A stretch of 64,000 bases of DNA from Takakia lepidozioides (lineage: Eukaryota > Plantae > Bryophyta), in the NCBI GenBank assembly GCA_030704615.1, contig CM060733.1, positions 14,756,001 to 14,820,000 on the forward strand. Direction: 5' to 3'. How positions within the stretch are numbered: the stretch's first letter is position 1; each line of letters starts with the position of its first letter. The translations under genes were made by a program, and so were the position numbers. Below the pieces are notes generated by a model, which made no database searches, was not told the DNA's origin, and saw only the letters and a program-made list of their open reading frames with translations. Positions 1 through 12,188 of this stretch are shown here, piece by piece.

Positions 1-259
1 ACAAAAAGGGACCCATGGGCATTGGGTTTTTATTTTGTATATTCTTAAGAAAATAAATGTTTTCTCTTCTCATATGCCTAACTCAAAAAACTTATAACAT
101 GAAGATGTCTAATGTGAAGAAGGTTTGAGAAACGTGCCTAAGCATCTGTTTGTTTTTTTAATAATTATTAGGCGCAAAAATGCCTAAACGGTTGTCTTGG
201 GACAGTATTAACCATTGAAATGTTGTTGAGAATGATTACACAATAATTGATAATAAAAA

Positions 260-1257
260 CAATAATATATTTTTATCATTATTGAGCTCCATTGACTTCT
301 TTTTGGAGTATTTGTATGCTAACTGATAGGCAAAACCATAATTTCAGTTTTCTTCAGCCCTAACTTGTGATTATTGTACATTAATTGATTTGATTTTGGT
401 ATAAAATTTGATAGTGGAACGGGCCCCTTGGTCAATCACGACCTATTTGCTGAGAATTGTACTCCCCATTCTTTGTTCGTGTGAACCTTCCTCCACCTGT
501 TGATCAAATCTCGATGATCGACTTTGAAAATTTGCAGAAACAACCGTTCGATATCTTCAACATTGCAGAAAGTGCATGTGCCTGGAAACAGGTGCCCTCC
601 GATTTTCTCAAGTGTCAGTGCAACCTCGAGAGGCTTGGAGGTGTGTGAGGTACTGCCGCTAATTTCTGAGCTCTTGGCTTTTAAGCTTCTCAAGATTTTA
701 AGGTGTTTAGGTCCAAATTCTACCTCAGATTCCAAGGATATTAATTTTGAATTTGTGACTGATTTGTGACAATAAGATATTATTACCATTTTTGAGCTCC
801 GTTGACTTCTTTGGAGTATTTATATGTTAACTGATAGGCAAAACCATAATTTCAGTTTTTTTCAGCCCTAACTTGTGATTATTGTACATTAATTGATTTG
901 ATTTTGGTATAAAATTTGATAGTGGAACGGGCCCCTTGGTCAATCACGACCTATTTGCTGAGAATTGTACTCCCCATTCTTTGTTCGTGTGAACCTTCCT
1001 CCACCGGTTGATCATATCTCGATGATCAACTTTGAAAATTTGTAGAAACAACCATTCAATATCTTCAACATTGCAGAAAGTGCATGTGCCTGAAAACAGG
1101 TGCCCTCCGACTTTCTCAAACGCCAGTGCAACCTCAAGAGGCTTGAGGTACTGCAACTAATTTCAAAGCTCTTGACTTTTAAGCTTCTCAAGATTTTAAG
1201 GTGTTTAGGTCCAAATTCTACCTCAGATCCAAGGATATTAACTTTGAATTTGTGACG
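260..1257. repeat. Tandem duplication of a ~500-bp unit (copies ~260-769 and ~770-1257), with related pieces at ~1590-1745
   Basis: Near-identical blocks starting TTGAGCTCC(A/G)TTGACTTC at 282 and ~792, running through GGAACGGGCCCCTTGGTCAATCACGACC to GAATTTGTGAC. ORFs 436-789 and 944-1156 share the same C-terminal peptide. Confidence 0.9.
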
Positions 1258-2534
1258 GAATGCGGTGACCGCTTCCCTCGACCTAAGCCACTCAGCCTTA
1301 TCTCTTGGCTCTATGTTTCCCTTTCCATGGTCCACCATCTCAAAAAAATTACAAACAACGAAGTCCGTGAAAGCCCGCAATGAGTTCATCATCTCATGTT
1401 CCGTAAACAGTTCGGAATCAAATAACCGTTCGTCTGCGACATCCGCTCGAATCTCCAGTTTATTTGCTCGAACCTTCAGTTTATGTCTCTCCTGGGATTC
1501 AGTTGGTATCTTTCCTAGTCCAGTTGGATCTTCATGTCTCTCAATCCTTTGTGTATGTCTCAATCCTTTGTGTATGTCCAGGACGTACTTGTATGCTAAT
1601 TGGTATGGAAAACCAAAATTTTAGTTTCCTTCAACCCCGACTTGTGATTATTGTACAATACAGTTTTGGTATAATATTTGATAGTGGAACCCAAGATTAA
1701 TGAATTGACCATTGAAATGTTGTTTAGAATGATTACACAATTATACCATAATAGAACACAAAATATATGTTTACCATGCTATGTACAAGCATCGCTTTCT
1801 GTAGAAACGCTAAGAATGAATTACCCATTTGGTACTTTTATGTGCATGTCAATGAGGGAAGCACGAGCAGTCAATGCATGATGTGCATAACTCATCATCA
1901 GATCATGCTGACATGCATGGTAGTGAGACTGAGGATATTGAGAGTGAGCATTCTTTGAGTGGTGGAGATCATGGAGTGGATGATGATGACCACTATTCCT
2001 CCGGCGATGAACCATTGCTTTCTGCACTTCATATCCGTGCGAGGGATGTTAGGAATGATGGTGTTCATGTATGTCATATCCCTCAAACGGATACCACAGT
2101 TTTGGTTTTAGAGGTAGCTGAGGTGGATGTACATCAGTGACAAATAAGAGTCATGGTGTGATTGTCTCACAGGTTGATAGCCCTCCATCTCCAACATCGG
2201 CCATTATTCATACACATGCTCGACGATGTCGGGATCATAGTGAGTTCGGGGTTAAAACGGACATCACTCCATCACAGACAGAGTTGCATCAACTGGGTAT
2301 AGACAACCCAACATAATTCAGAGCTGTTGTTTTGGGTAACACTGTTGCGGATCGTATTGTTCGTTGGAGGATAAACATTTCAAAAAGGCGGAGAGCTCAT
2401 GGATCTTAAACTTATAGTTACATTATTTTCGTGTTCTATTGGGTTAGAAATTACCTTCACTAATTGGTCACGATGTTGTAATGTAAAATTTGACCTTTAC
2501 CAAGTGTTGATTATAGTTTGCAGATTGGATATTA

Positions 2535-3165
2535 GGGGGATTGCTAAACCGAATCCGTGAGCAGAATCCGTGAGCAAAAAATTCCGCGATCAGAATCCTG
2601 CTCACGCTTTTGGATGTGCTCACCTATAACCACGGACATCTATTCGGCTTAGAGGACCTATTACTTCGGGTATTGTCTAGTATAACATGCATACCAATTC
2701 ATCGTTATGGATGAATGACGAATGAATGATGGATGAATGGGCGATGAATGTATGTTGGACGAATGGCACATGGATGAATGTAGTTTGTGATTGAATGCAG
2801 AATTAAAAAGTATTTTTGAGTAGTGGTTGCCAAATCCCCCGAGCTCCAGAGTGAACCTCTGTCAACTGCAGAGGGTTGTGGTTGTCCTTTCACCAGGTAT
2901 CATAAGTCGAGAGAGATGCTGACACCCAATTGCAAAGAATGTGAGAGGCCATTTGGTGCTTTAATATAAATCGTTTGAAAACAGCCGATTCATTCCGACG
3001 AAGAATATCCACTGCTACTGGAGCGGAAGTCCAAAACGAAGGAGAGGATTTTGTGCAGAGCTTTGTTGTCATGTCCTTCTTCCATGTGATCAAAAATCCA
3101 TGTTGGGTAAACGCCAGGTCTTTTGCTTGCAAAGCAGGGGTTGGGTTCATTTGCAAGTTTTTCAA

Positions 3166-3196
<31 letters not shown>

Positions 3197-4895
3197 TTTC
3201 TCCAAATGTGCCAGATTAAGGTGTCGTCAACGACACCTTAATGTACCTTAATCTGGCTGGTCTTCTGGTGTGTTATTTGGGGTGAATGGCATCTACAAAT
3301 TTCTCGGACCACATAATTTATGATTCGTTGTCATGTCATTCTTCCATGTGACCAGAAATCCATGTTGGGTAAACGCTAGGTCTTTTACTTGCAAAGCAGG
3401 GGTTGGGTTCATTTGCAAGTTTTCCAATTTTTATTTTTATTTCATTTTTTCCCAAATGTGCCACATTAAGGTGTCGTCAACGACACCTTAATCTGGCTGG
3501 TCTTCTGGTGTGTTATTTGGGGTGAATGGCATCTACAAATTGCTCGGACCACATAACTTATGATTCATTGTCATGTCCTTTTTCTATGTGACCAGAAATC
3601 CATGTTGGGTTAACGGTCGTTTGCTTGCAAATCAGGGGTTGGGTTCATTTGCAAGTATATATATATATTTTTTTTATTTTTTTATTTTTTTCCCGAATGT
3701 GCCAGATTAAGGTGTCGTTGATCTGGCTGGTCTTTGGGTATGCTATTTGGGGTGAATGACATCTACAAATTGCTCGGACCATATAATTTATGATTCGTTA
3801 TCATGTCCTTCTTCCATGTGACCAAAAATCCATGTTGGGTAAATGCCAGGTCTTTTGCTTGCAAAGCAGGGGTTGGGTTCATTTGCAAGTTTTCCAAATA
3901 TATATATATATATTCCCCGAATGTGTCAGATTAAGGTGTCGTCACTTTAATCTGGCTGGTCTTTTGGTGTGCTATTTGGGATGAATAGCATCTACAAATT
4001 ACTCGGCTTATGATTCGTTGTCATGTCCTTCTTCCAGATGACCAAAAATCCATGCCGGGTAAATGCCAGGTCTTTTGTTGCAAAGCAAGGGCTGGGTTCA
4101 TTTGCAAGTTTTTATAAAATAATAATAAAAATAATAATAAAATAATATTATTTTATTGTTTTATTTTTCCCCGAATGTGCTAGATTAAGGTGTCGTCAAT
4201 GACACCTTAATCTGGCTGGTCTTATGGTGTGCTATTTGGGGTGAATGACATCTACAAATTGTTTGGCTTATGATTCGTTGTCATATCTTTCATGACCATA
4301 AATCCATGCTGGTAAACGCCAGGTCTTTTGCTTGCAAAGCAGGGGTTGGGTTCATTTGCAAGTTTTCCAAAAAATAATATTTTTATTATTTTTTGTTTTT
4401 TCCCCTCTGAATGTGCCAGATGAAGGTGGCGTTGATGCCAGCTTAATCTGGCTGGTCTTATGGGCCGGAATATTTAAGCTTCCGCCAAATTAAAATACAC
4501 TTATTTAAACTCAACAACACATGGATCCCTGCACACATGTTATTGCAGCATCCATGGTTCATTCATCTGGGCAATTTTTCATCCGACACTCATCCAACAT
4601 TCATCCAATGTTCATCCATTCCCTTTTACGTTCATCATAGATACATTCATTCGACAATTTTTCATCGCACATTCGTGTTACATTGTCGTCATGGAGTCTG
4701 TCTGTCATCAGTCCGATGGAAAGAAGATTGCGCTGTTATAGTGGAGTTTGTGCCCACAGCAATAGGCCCACTTGTTCCCTCGCTTTTAGGGTCCGAAACA
4801 ATAATCTGCTCACGCTTGGGGGAATCTGCTTACGGATAAGAGAATCTGCTCACGGGTTCTGCTCACGCCTTTGCTGCCCTCGGGTATTAGTAATC
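2535..4895. mobile_element. Non-autonomous DNA transposon-like element with imperfect terminal/subterminal inverted repeats
   Basis: Left GATTGCTAA...CGTGAGCAGAATCCGTGAGCA (2539-2576) is the inverse of right TGCTCACGGGTTCTGCTCACG...TTAGTAATC (~4847-4895). GGATGAAT-rich motifs at 2705-2800 are mirrored by ATTCATCC-rich motifs at 4545-4650. No clean TSD, so superfamily not assigned. Confidence 0.6.
3066..4462. repeat. Tandem array of six ~220-260-bp units, each with a long palindrome and a variable AT microsatellite
   Basis: Units start at 3066, 3328, 3568, 3798, 4018 and 4278. Shared core resembles AATCCATGTTGGGTAAA...TTGCAAAGCAGGGGTTGGGTTCATTTGCAAG, followed by consensus palindrome CCAGATTAAGGTGTCG-TCAA-CGACACCTTAATCTGG. 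Confidence 0.92.
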
Positions 4896-7346
4896 TACTG
4901 AGCCGACAACAAGGGGAAGTTGAGCCTGAAAAACTAGTATTCAGTTTATGGTACATTTGTATGGTGGATGAGCCACTGTTGTGTCTCCAATGCAGTTCAA
5001 TTCTGTGTATAGATGCTACATTGTAAAACCTATATTTTCCAGGAGCTGATACTCACTGTCCATGTCATGTTTTGCTGATCCAACAGAAAAGTAACATGAT
5101 TTATCTTGTTTTCTGGGAAAAGCTTGGCATCTACAAAGCACATATATTAGCTATGTGAGGTTGTCTCATGTCCTTGTGACCGTTATGAAATAAATTGACA
5201 GTTCGATTGGTCGGGTGGGACAGACACGAGGACTGGCAGTAAGGGCTCTCTAGGAGGTGGGATTACTGGCGATGTTGCACTTGGTGTGGTAAGTGATGAA
5301 ATAAGTGTATCATGTGGTGTTTTACCTTCTTGGCCTTAAGAGGCGGCCACTTTCGTCGATGACTATTCCTTTTCTTGTATCATTAATTTACCATTGGATT
5401 TGCTGCTTCTCTGGTGCTTTGGATGTCAGATTCCAGATCTCGAATCAGTTAGTTATTCGCATTGGCCGCAATAACTTATAGACCTATTAATGTTCAGAGG
5501 ATTTTAGACTCCTACTTGAATTTATGCTTTGGAGGACACATAATAGCCACTAGATTACACAAAAGAGCATATCCAGGGTGACAATTTGTCGATCCATGAC
5601 ACTCCAAACGCGCCTATGTAATGTGAACACGTCGACCTCATACTGTTTGACAATCCGTATAAGAGCCTGCCCTATGCCCACATGTCATTTTTTCCCTCTT
5701 AGTTGCTCTAGCTCGCTGATCTTTAGGACTGTCTGTTTTACGTTCATTCTTCCCTTTGTACTCCTGTCAATATTGAGAGCATCTCCACTTCATCTGGGTT
5801 TCTCTTTTGTCTCTCTGCTCCTCTGTTCCCATCCACTGTCTGCAAAGATCTTACATACACACCCAACCGTTTTATGTACTTCGAATGATCACTCGACAAC
5901 TGTTTCGTTCATCCATGTTTTCATTTATTCATCCATTTTCTTACTTGTCATCCGAAACTCGTCTACCATTATTCATCCGTTCTTCATTTCATCCATCTAA
6001 ACCACGCGCGAACGCCCGTCGATGTGGTTCTATTTCTGTTATGGAGTCGTAGACAATGTTGTGCATTCGGGTTGTAGCTTTAGCAGATCCTTTAATTTTC
6101 TACAAATTTCTATGTCGACCAATAAAGACCTACGTTCTACATTCTAGTACCGAGAGTCCGAGTTCTATTTTCAATTTTCAAATCATTATAACCCTAAACG
6201 CGGGCAATCGCGCGAGGTTCTTTTTCATCTTCATCCTCAATTTTTCTAAACAAACTTCAGTAACTTATTGTTTCACTCTTTCTTAGTGTCCATCAATATA
6301 GTGCCAAATTAATCACCGGAATCTCTACTATAGGATACACGCGCGATCGCGCGAGGTTCGTGGAAATGTCGTTGTTCCAAACTGGTCAACAAGTTTTTCT
6401 CACTCTTCAGGGCTCAAGCTCTATCGTCGCAATAGCAAAATGTCTCAACGTGACCGGTTGCGGAAGTTGTCATGGATGACAACTAAACGGATCCACAATA
6501 TCTGTTGTTATAGTGTCTTGCGATCCGACACATTCTTCTGTGTCGTTGCCATATCCGCACATGGATGCGGACTCTTTGGGATAAGCAATCGGAACACATG
6601 TCGTTTGGGATGTGGTGCAAATTCAAAAAGATACTGGGACTGACACCAACACCAACAATGAGGATCCTTAGTTCTCGGAGGTCGAATTGACATCTGCGGC
6701 TGATTCCCATCCAAAATTCAATGAACAAATTGAATCTGACATGTCAAGGCCGTCTCCGAATAACGATGTTGCTATGGGTAGAGACAGTTGGAGAAATAAA
6801 TTGTGTATTCTCTTTGTGCTTTGTACGATGGTAGAATTCAAGCATGTCATCCTGACGAGGTGATACTTTGTGAGAAAGTTGGAGAACATCATGTCGGGGT
6901 GCTCGTTACAAGGATTTTGAATGGCGGTTCGACCAATCTCATGTGCCTCGTGAACTGGCCATTGACGTAGACTCGGTTGATTGATAGTGGCAGGATATTG
7001 TCACATGAGCATCATAGGTTCATCAATAGCCGGGAACAAACAGATATTGGTCACAACGAGAAAGGTGTGAAAAAAGCAGCATACCGGCATTTCAACAGAC
7101 CAAAAAAAAATCCGAAAAAAGACGATTCCAAAAAGATAAATACTTGTCTCTCTCTGTAGACAGTTCAAGAAATCAGCAACAAATAATGTTACAATTTACA
7201 GTGTTGTCAATATTTCGACTGGAGAAAAACACTCGCTATCCGGACCGCTTATTGGGGATCCTCTTACAACAAACGAAGAGAGCTCGGTTTTGATGTTCCC
7301 ATTAGACTTCATTGAATCGACGGGGTTTCAACAAATGCCTACATAA

Positions 7347-8781
7347 TCATTGAGGGCGTTGATGTGTGTGAGACAGTTTGGTGGACAATTCACGGAATTG
7401 GTCGTTCAACCTACATGGAATACAAAAAACTAAGCAGAGAGGGTGTGCAATGCATTCACTCATCAACGACTTGTTCAGACGACCCACCTCCACTTTGAAA
7501 CCAAACATCCTGGGGGTTCTCGCATCCTCATGCAGGAGCAAAACCAACATCGGGTTCTCCTCTTCCAATTCAAGCTCTATATCGAGAGCTTCTGCGTATT
7601 TTAAATCTGTTATTACTCCAAGACTTCTGTAATGAAAAGACAGTTTGTGATCAGGAGGTGTACCGACAGGCACGATGCCCCAATCTGTCACCTCTGGGTT
7701 AAGCTCAAAAATTGCGGTGTGCTCAATTTTGAAATTTGAGGACTTCCGGCATACGAATGCGTCACAAATATCTCCAATCAATCCCGAGACGCAATCTGGT
7801 GGTATAGGATGTCTTCTGTTACAACCAAACGCAAATTCATTAGATAATCAAATAACAAGATCTCTCTTACTAGCATCCATCATTCCAGATATAAGAACCT
7901 CCACTGGACAATGGAGGTTCGCATGTACGAGGCTTTCTACATGCAATGGGAAATCCTCCATATTTTACAGATGTTGTAAAAAAAAACTTTAATGAAAATG
8001 AGGCTCATGAGCCATTGAGTACATCATCCTGAAACAGGACAAAATCTACAATAGAAATCTTTGAACCTAATTCGTCCAAAAAATACTCAGGGGCTTCTCG
8101 CATTATATTCAGACGATTCTAGATTATATACCCAAGAACTACAAAATGCTCCTTTTGATCTCTCTTAGTGTATCAGGCGAATAGTCTGGATGGGTATATT
8201 TTGGGGATCCGCTGATACTATCAGGAGACGCAGGGGAGTATCCTGGAGATCCGGAGACGTCCAGGAGTTCCAAGACTCCCTGTCTCGTTGCAGTGTCCAG
8301 TGAGAAGTTAGGAGGGTAATATCCTGCAGATCATGTTGTGGATTCAGGAAATGCTGGCGAGTAATCCGGAGATGCGGGATATCCAAAAACGGTCTCTCTT
8401 ATCGCCGCCAATGTGTCCAGGGAATAGTCTGGAGGGGTGTATGTCGGATAATCTTGGGAGTAGGCAGGAGATCCATTGACATCATTGTTTACATGAACGC
8501 TTTCTCTTATTTCCGCCAGGGTATCATTGGAGATGTCTTGAGGTATATTGTTGGGAGATTTGGATGCATTTCGCGGGGATTCTACAGTCACATTTATGTC
8601 AATCCCAGACACTTTGTTCGGCTCGGTAGACCCCCAACTGGATTTTTCATCTGGTTCCGAAACACCATGTTTTTGATCTAGATGGTCCGCTTCCATCACG
8701 TCTACCGAACACCCAATTTAAGCTGACGGTCTTGTACTCATCGTCAGACACCGGTTCCCCACCCTCGCTCCTCTTTCTCAT
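7347..8781 (-). pseudogene. Degraded ORF of unknown, probably TE-associated, protein with SPxYSP-type repeats
   Basis: ORF pieces 8331-8699 and 7347-7781 plus intervening stop-interrupted frames read as one decayed coding region. Repeats seen: GSPAYS, SPDYSP, SPGYSPASP, PDYSPD. No family recognised. Confidence 0.35.
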
Positions 8782-9917
8782 ACTGACATAAAAACTAATC
8801 GGAGTGTGTAACTGGCTGACCCAAAGAAATATCGAACCTCCACTGGGTAGTGGAGGTTCCCAATTATTGTATTCCAGTCTCGTTGGAAAGTATGTGTCAC
8901 ACTTACAATGTTACACATATGATTCGATCACTCGTTCCCACATTGTCTCACACTGATTTTCATTTTTCCCGAAACTATCCGATTTCGTCCTAACTTTAAA
9001 AAATGTCTTTCAGCTTTCCCATACAGAATTCAGGCGAACCTCCACTGGGCAGTGGAGGTTTCAGATTTTGGTTCCTCATGTGCATGACATTGGCCTACGA
9101 ATAGTCTACTCTGGCCTGCACGAAGCCTACTATTAGCCTATGTCTAGTGTAGAATACAAGTAGACTAGGCTATCGTGGTTTTTCAGAATTGCCAAATTCG
9201 ACAAAATTGGATAAGAAATGTTGGAATTACATAGTAGCTACTTACCTACAGGTCATAATCACCACTAAGATTACTCACATAGTTACTTACCATTCAAGAT
9301 CGTCTTCCCACGTACTATTTTGCTGGTTGTTCTTCTTGTTACTTATGTCATGTTGTAGAGTGGTAGGCAGACTTCTTTATGTGATAGAGTGATCATAGTG
9401 ATCTGATTCACCTGCTACCAAGGGATTGACTACTAGCCGAGAAGCTGACGATATAAGAATTCCCTGTAAATGTTGCTTGCTGCAAACGTCGTTTTGCATT
9501 GAGAGTAATTGTAGCATTGAGTTGATCTTAGAATAAGGTCTGCCAAGATAAATCGATTGATTAGCTGTGACAACTAGTATGTTTAATACTATGGACTGTT
9601 GTCACTCATTTATTCCGGCCTTTATTCCGGCCTATGAATCCAAGGTGATTGCAAGAAACATTCCAAACTTTCGGAAGAAAAAGAGACCAACTTCAAAAAA
9701 AAAATATGGGTAGAGGAGAGTGACAATCCACACTTCCTCCAAAATTTATCTTGTTTATAGCTGCATCGTACATCACTCTCGTCTGGTTTTGATCCGGAAA
9801 ATAGCTGTAAGTTAGAGAAGAAGATCTAAGGTGAACGTAACGAAATTACACAAGCTGTGTGGTGTCGCCGCTGCAAAAGTATGAAGGGCTTCCACTTCGA
9901 CTTTGCTGAATGCTATC

Positions 9918-12188
9918 CTAGAGGGTGGGTGAAAACTCGAGATTTGTCTGTGGCAACCACTCTGACCCAGAAATGAAATTAAGAACAGTATACTGTGCTG
10001 CAACGTTTGCATCAGTAATCTGGGTTGACCACGCCACGCGCTGGCCATTTGATGCGCCAGGCCCTGAGTTTTGGTACTCCCCATAAAATAACGTGTCCAA
10101 GGCAAAAGTTCCATTCCAAGCAAGCCAGCCTGACGGGTCAACAACATTGGTCATAAAACTCTCCAGATAGACAGTGCGGGAGTACAGTTTCCAAGGTCGG
10201 CCAAGGTAGCTTTGAACACCAGTCTGTTCCTGTAAATCAGGAGAAGCATCCAGGACACAGCCTTGGAAAGAAAAACCGGTGTTTTGAGAGGAGTACTTCC
10301 TCCCCTGTGCAGTGAAAGTATTCTGTTGGCCGAGAAGTGGTGCCCGAGCGGTGAGAGTGCAAGTCTGAAAGACTGCCGCTGCATTTCCAAAGATGAAGTC
10401 CACAGTCCCATAGATTGTGCAATTCTTGTAGAACTGTCGTTGTGCATGGGCATACAGAGTATCTTGGTACCCTTCAATGGATACCCTCCAGAATGCAGAA
10501 TGATCAGCTTCCACTCTTAGAGCCACTGCCTGGTGGTTTATAGCTCCAGCGGTATTTTGTATTGAGAGGTCCTTTGCGAGAAATCCTCTGCCGGTCACAG
10601 CTGCACGAGTACAAAACGAATATCAAACACAGGAAAGACCGCATCCAAATAATCCCGGCTAATGTATTTCAGACTAAGCCATCCCTGTTTATACACTAGG
10701 CCAAAAACCTTCAGGCAATCTCTTCAGAGGTCCCTATAACTACAGAGCACAGTCAAGACCAAACCATCCCACAAGGCATGACCAAGCACGACTACTGCGA
10801 GCAAAAGTGAGAAATACTTTGAATCTACAGGCTTAAAACATACATTCCATAGTCTCTCCATTTACACTATCCTTGTGAGGATACTGTAATCGCTCACAGG
10901 AACCTGTCGCCCAGGGCGATTCCATGCTTTCTGTCATTCCAAATCCCAACTGAACCAGTTCATTTAGTCACCACAAAACAGATTCGAGGTGGGGATTGTG
11001 CAGACTCGAGGATGATCCAATCTTACCGAGTGTTGTAGTTTCATAAGTAGTGACATTAGACGATATCACACTCCTGCTCCCCGTAATGATAGTCAAACCC
11101 ATGCCATCTCCCATGAGCATGAGGTTTGTGGCTTTCCTGGGAATAACCACGGTCTCATTGTAAATTCCTTGCTTGATGTGGATGACATACCGGTTAGAGT
11201 TTTGCTGGGGAGCAGCATCCACAGCTTCCTGAACTGTTTCAAATTGCCCACTTCCATCCTGTGCAACTGTCGCATCAACAACAGTGAAGTTCGTGGAGGT
11301 CTGCAGAATGCGACGGTCTCCTACTCTCAACCACTCTGGAAATTCGCCATCCATATCGTAAACCGGGGCATCTTCCGTAGGGGAAGAAAGTAGACGACGG
11401 TTGTGGAGGGAAGATGGGTCTGCAGTGCCTGTACTGAAAGAGCTCACTACGCCCGAAACCAAGGAGACAGCGTTAGCAAGAAGAGCCTCAACACCATTTC
11501 CTTGAACCTTCATATTGTCACTGACACTACCGGGCACATCATCATATCCGTCCATGCAGGTGGTATGATACGTCAATGCCGCACTCATCCAGGTCAAAAC
11601 ATCCTTCATTTGTCCGTTGAAGTTCGCGCCACTAAGATTCGAAAGATGGTTCAGGGAGGTGGTAAGCTGATCTTGAGAATCCTGTAGCACTGCCAGGCAG
11701 GAACCCATAGCAGATTGGTCCAATCCCATCTCCTGAGTGTTCCCCTGGAGGTTCGCGGCGTAGTTATAGAAATTATTCACCCCACTTAGCGCGCTGCTCA
11801 CAGCGATTCCAGCAAAACCTGTCTGGCTAGTGTCGAAAGCGCCAAAAGCTTGAGGTTTAGAAGTAAGAGAGGTGACGCAAGCTTCGGGATAGTGGGTCGA
11901 GCGACATGCGAGGTGTATCGGAGTAGATAAATGGATGTCGCTGAAAATCTCTGGTCCCTTTTGACGGGACGAAAGAGGAACTGCTCCTGCGACGCACAGG
12001 GCAACTGCTATAAGGGTCGATACAGAAGCAACAACGATCAAATAGCTCTTACGATTCGCATTGGCTGAGTACGGGCGCCCTTGACCAGCGTCAAGTTCTA
12101 CCTTTCCAATATGTCTGAAAGCATTCAGTGCGCTCATCACGTTTCGCACTTCCTTCCATAGCCTCCGCGGACTTCTTCTTGCAGCCAT
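9918..12188 (-). CDS. PME: Type-I (group 2) pectin methylesterase with TM anchor, PMEI pro-domain and catalytic PME domain
   Basis: Exon 1 12188(or 12215/12137)-11027, GT-AG intron 11026-10601, exon 2 10600-9918 (~614 aa). TM segment LIVVASVSTLIAVALCVAG, PMEI cysteines (ACRSTHYPEAC, SCL, TCMDG), RRLL/RRIL processing sites, catalytic motifs QAVAL, YQDTLY, GTVDFIFG, YLGRPWK. Confidence 0.96.

Noticed and set aside
3066-4462. CRISPR-like appearance (palindromic repeat plus variable segment)
   Set aside because: The whole 220-260-bp unit is repeated, the variable parts are just microsatellites, the context is eukaryotic and there are no cas genes.
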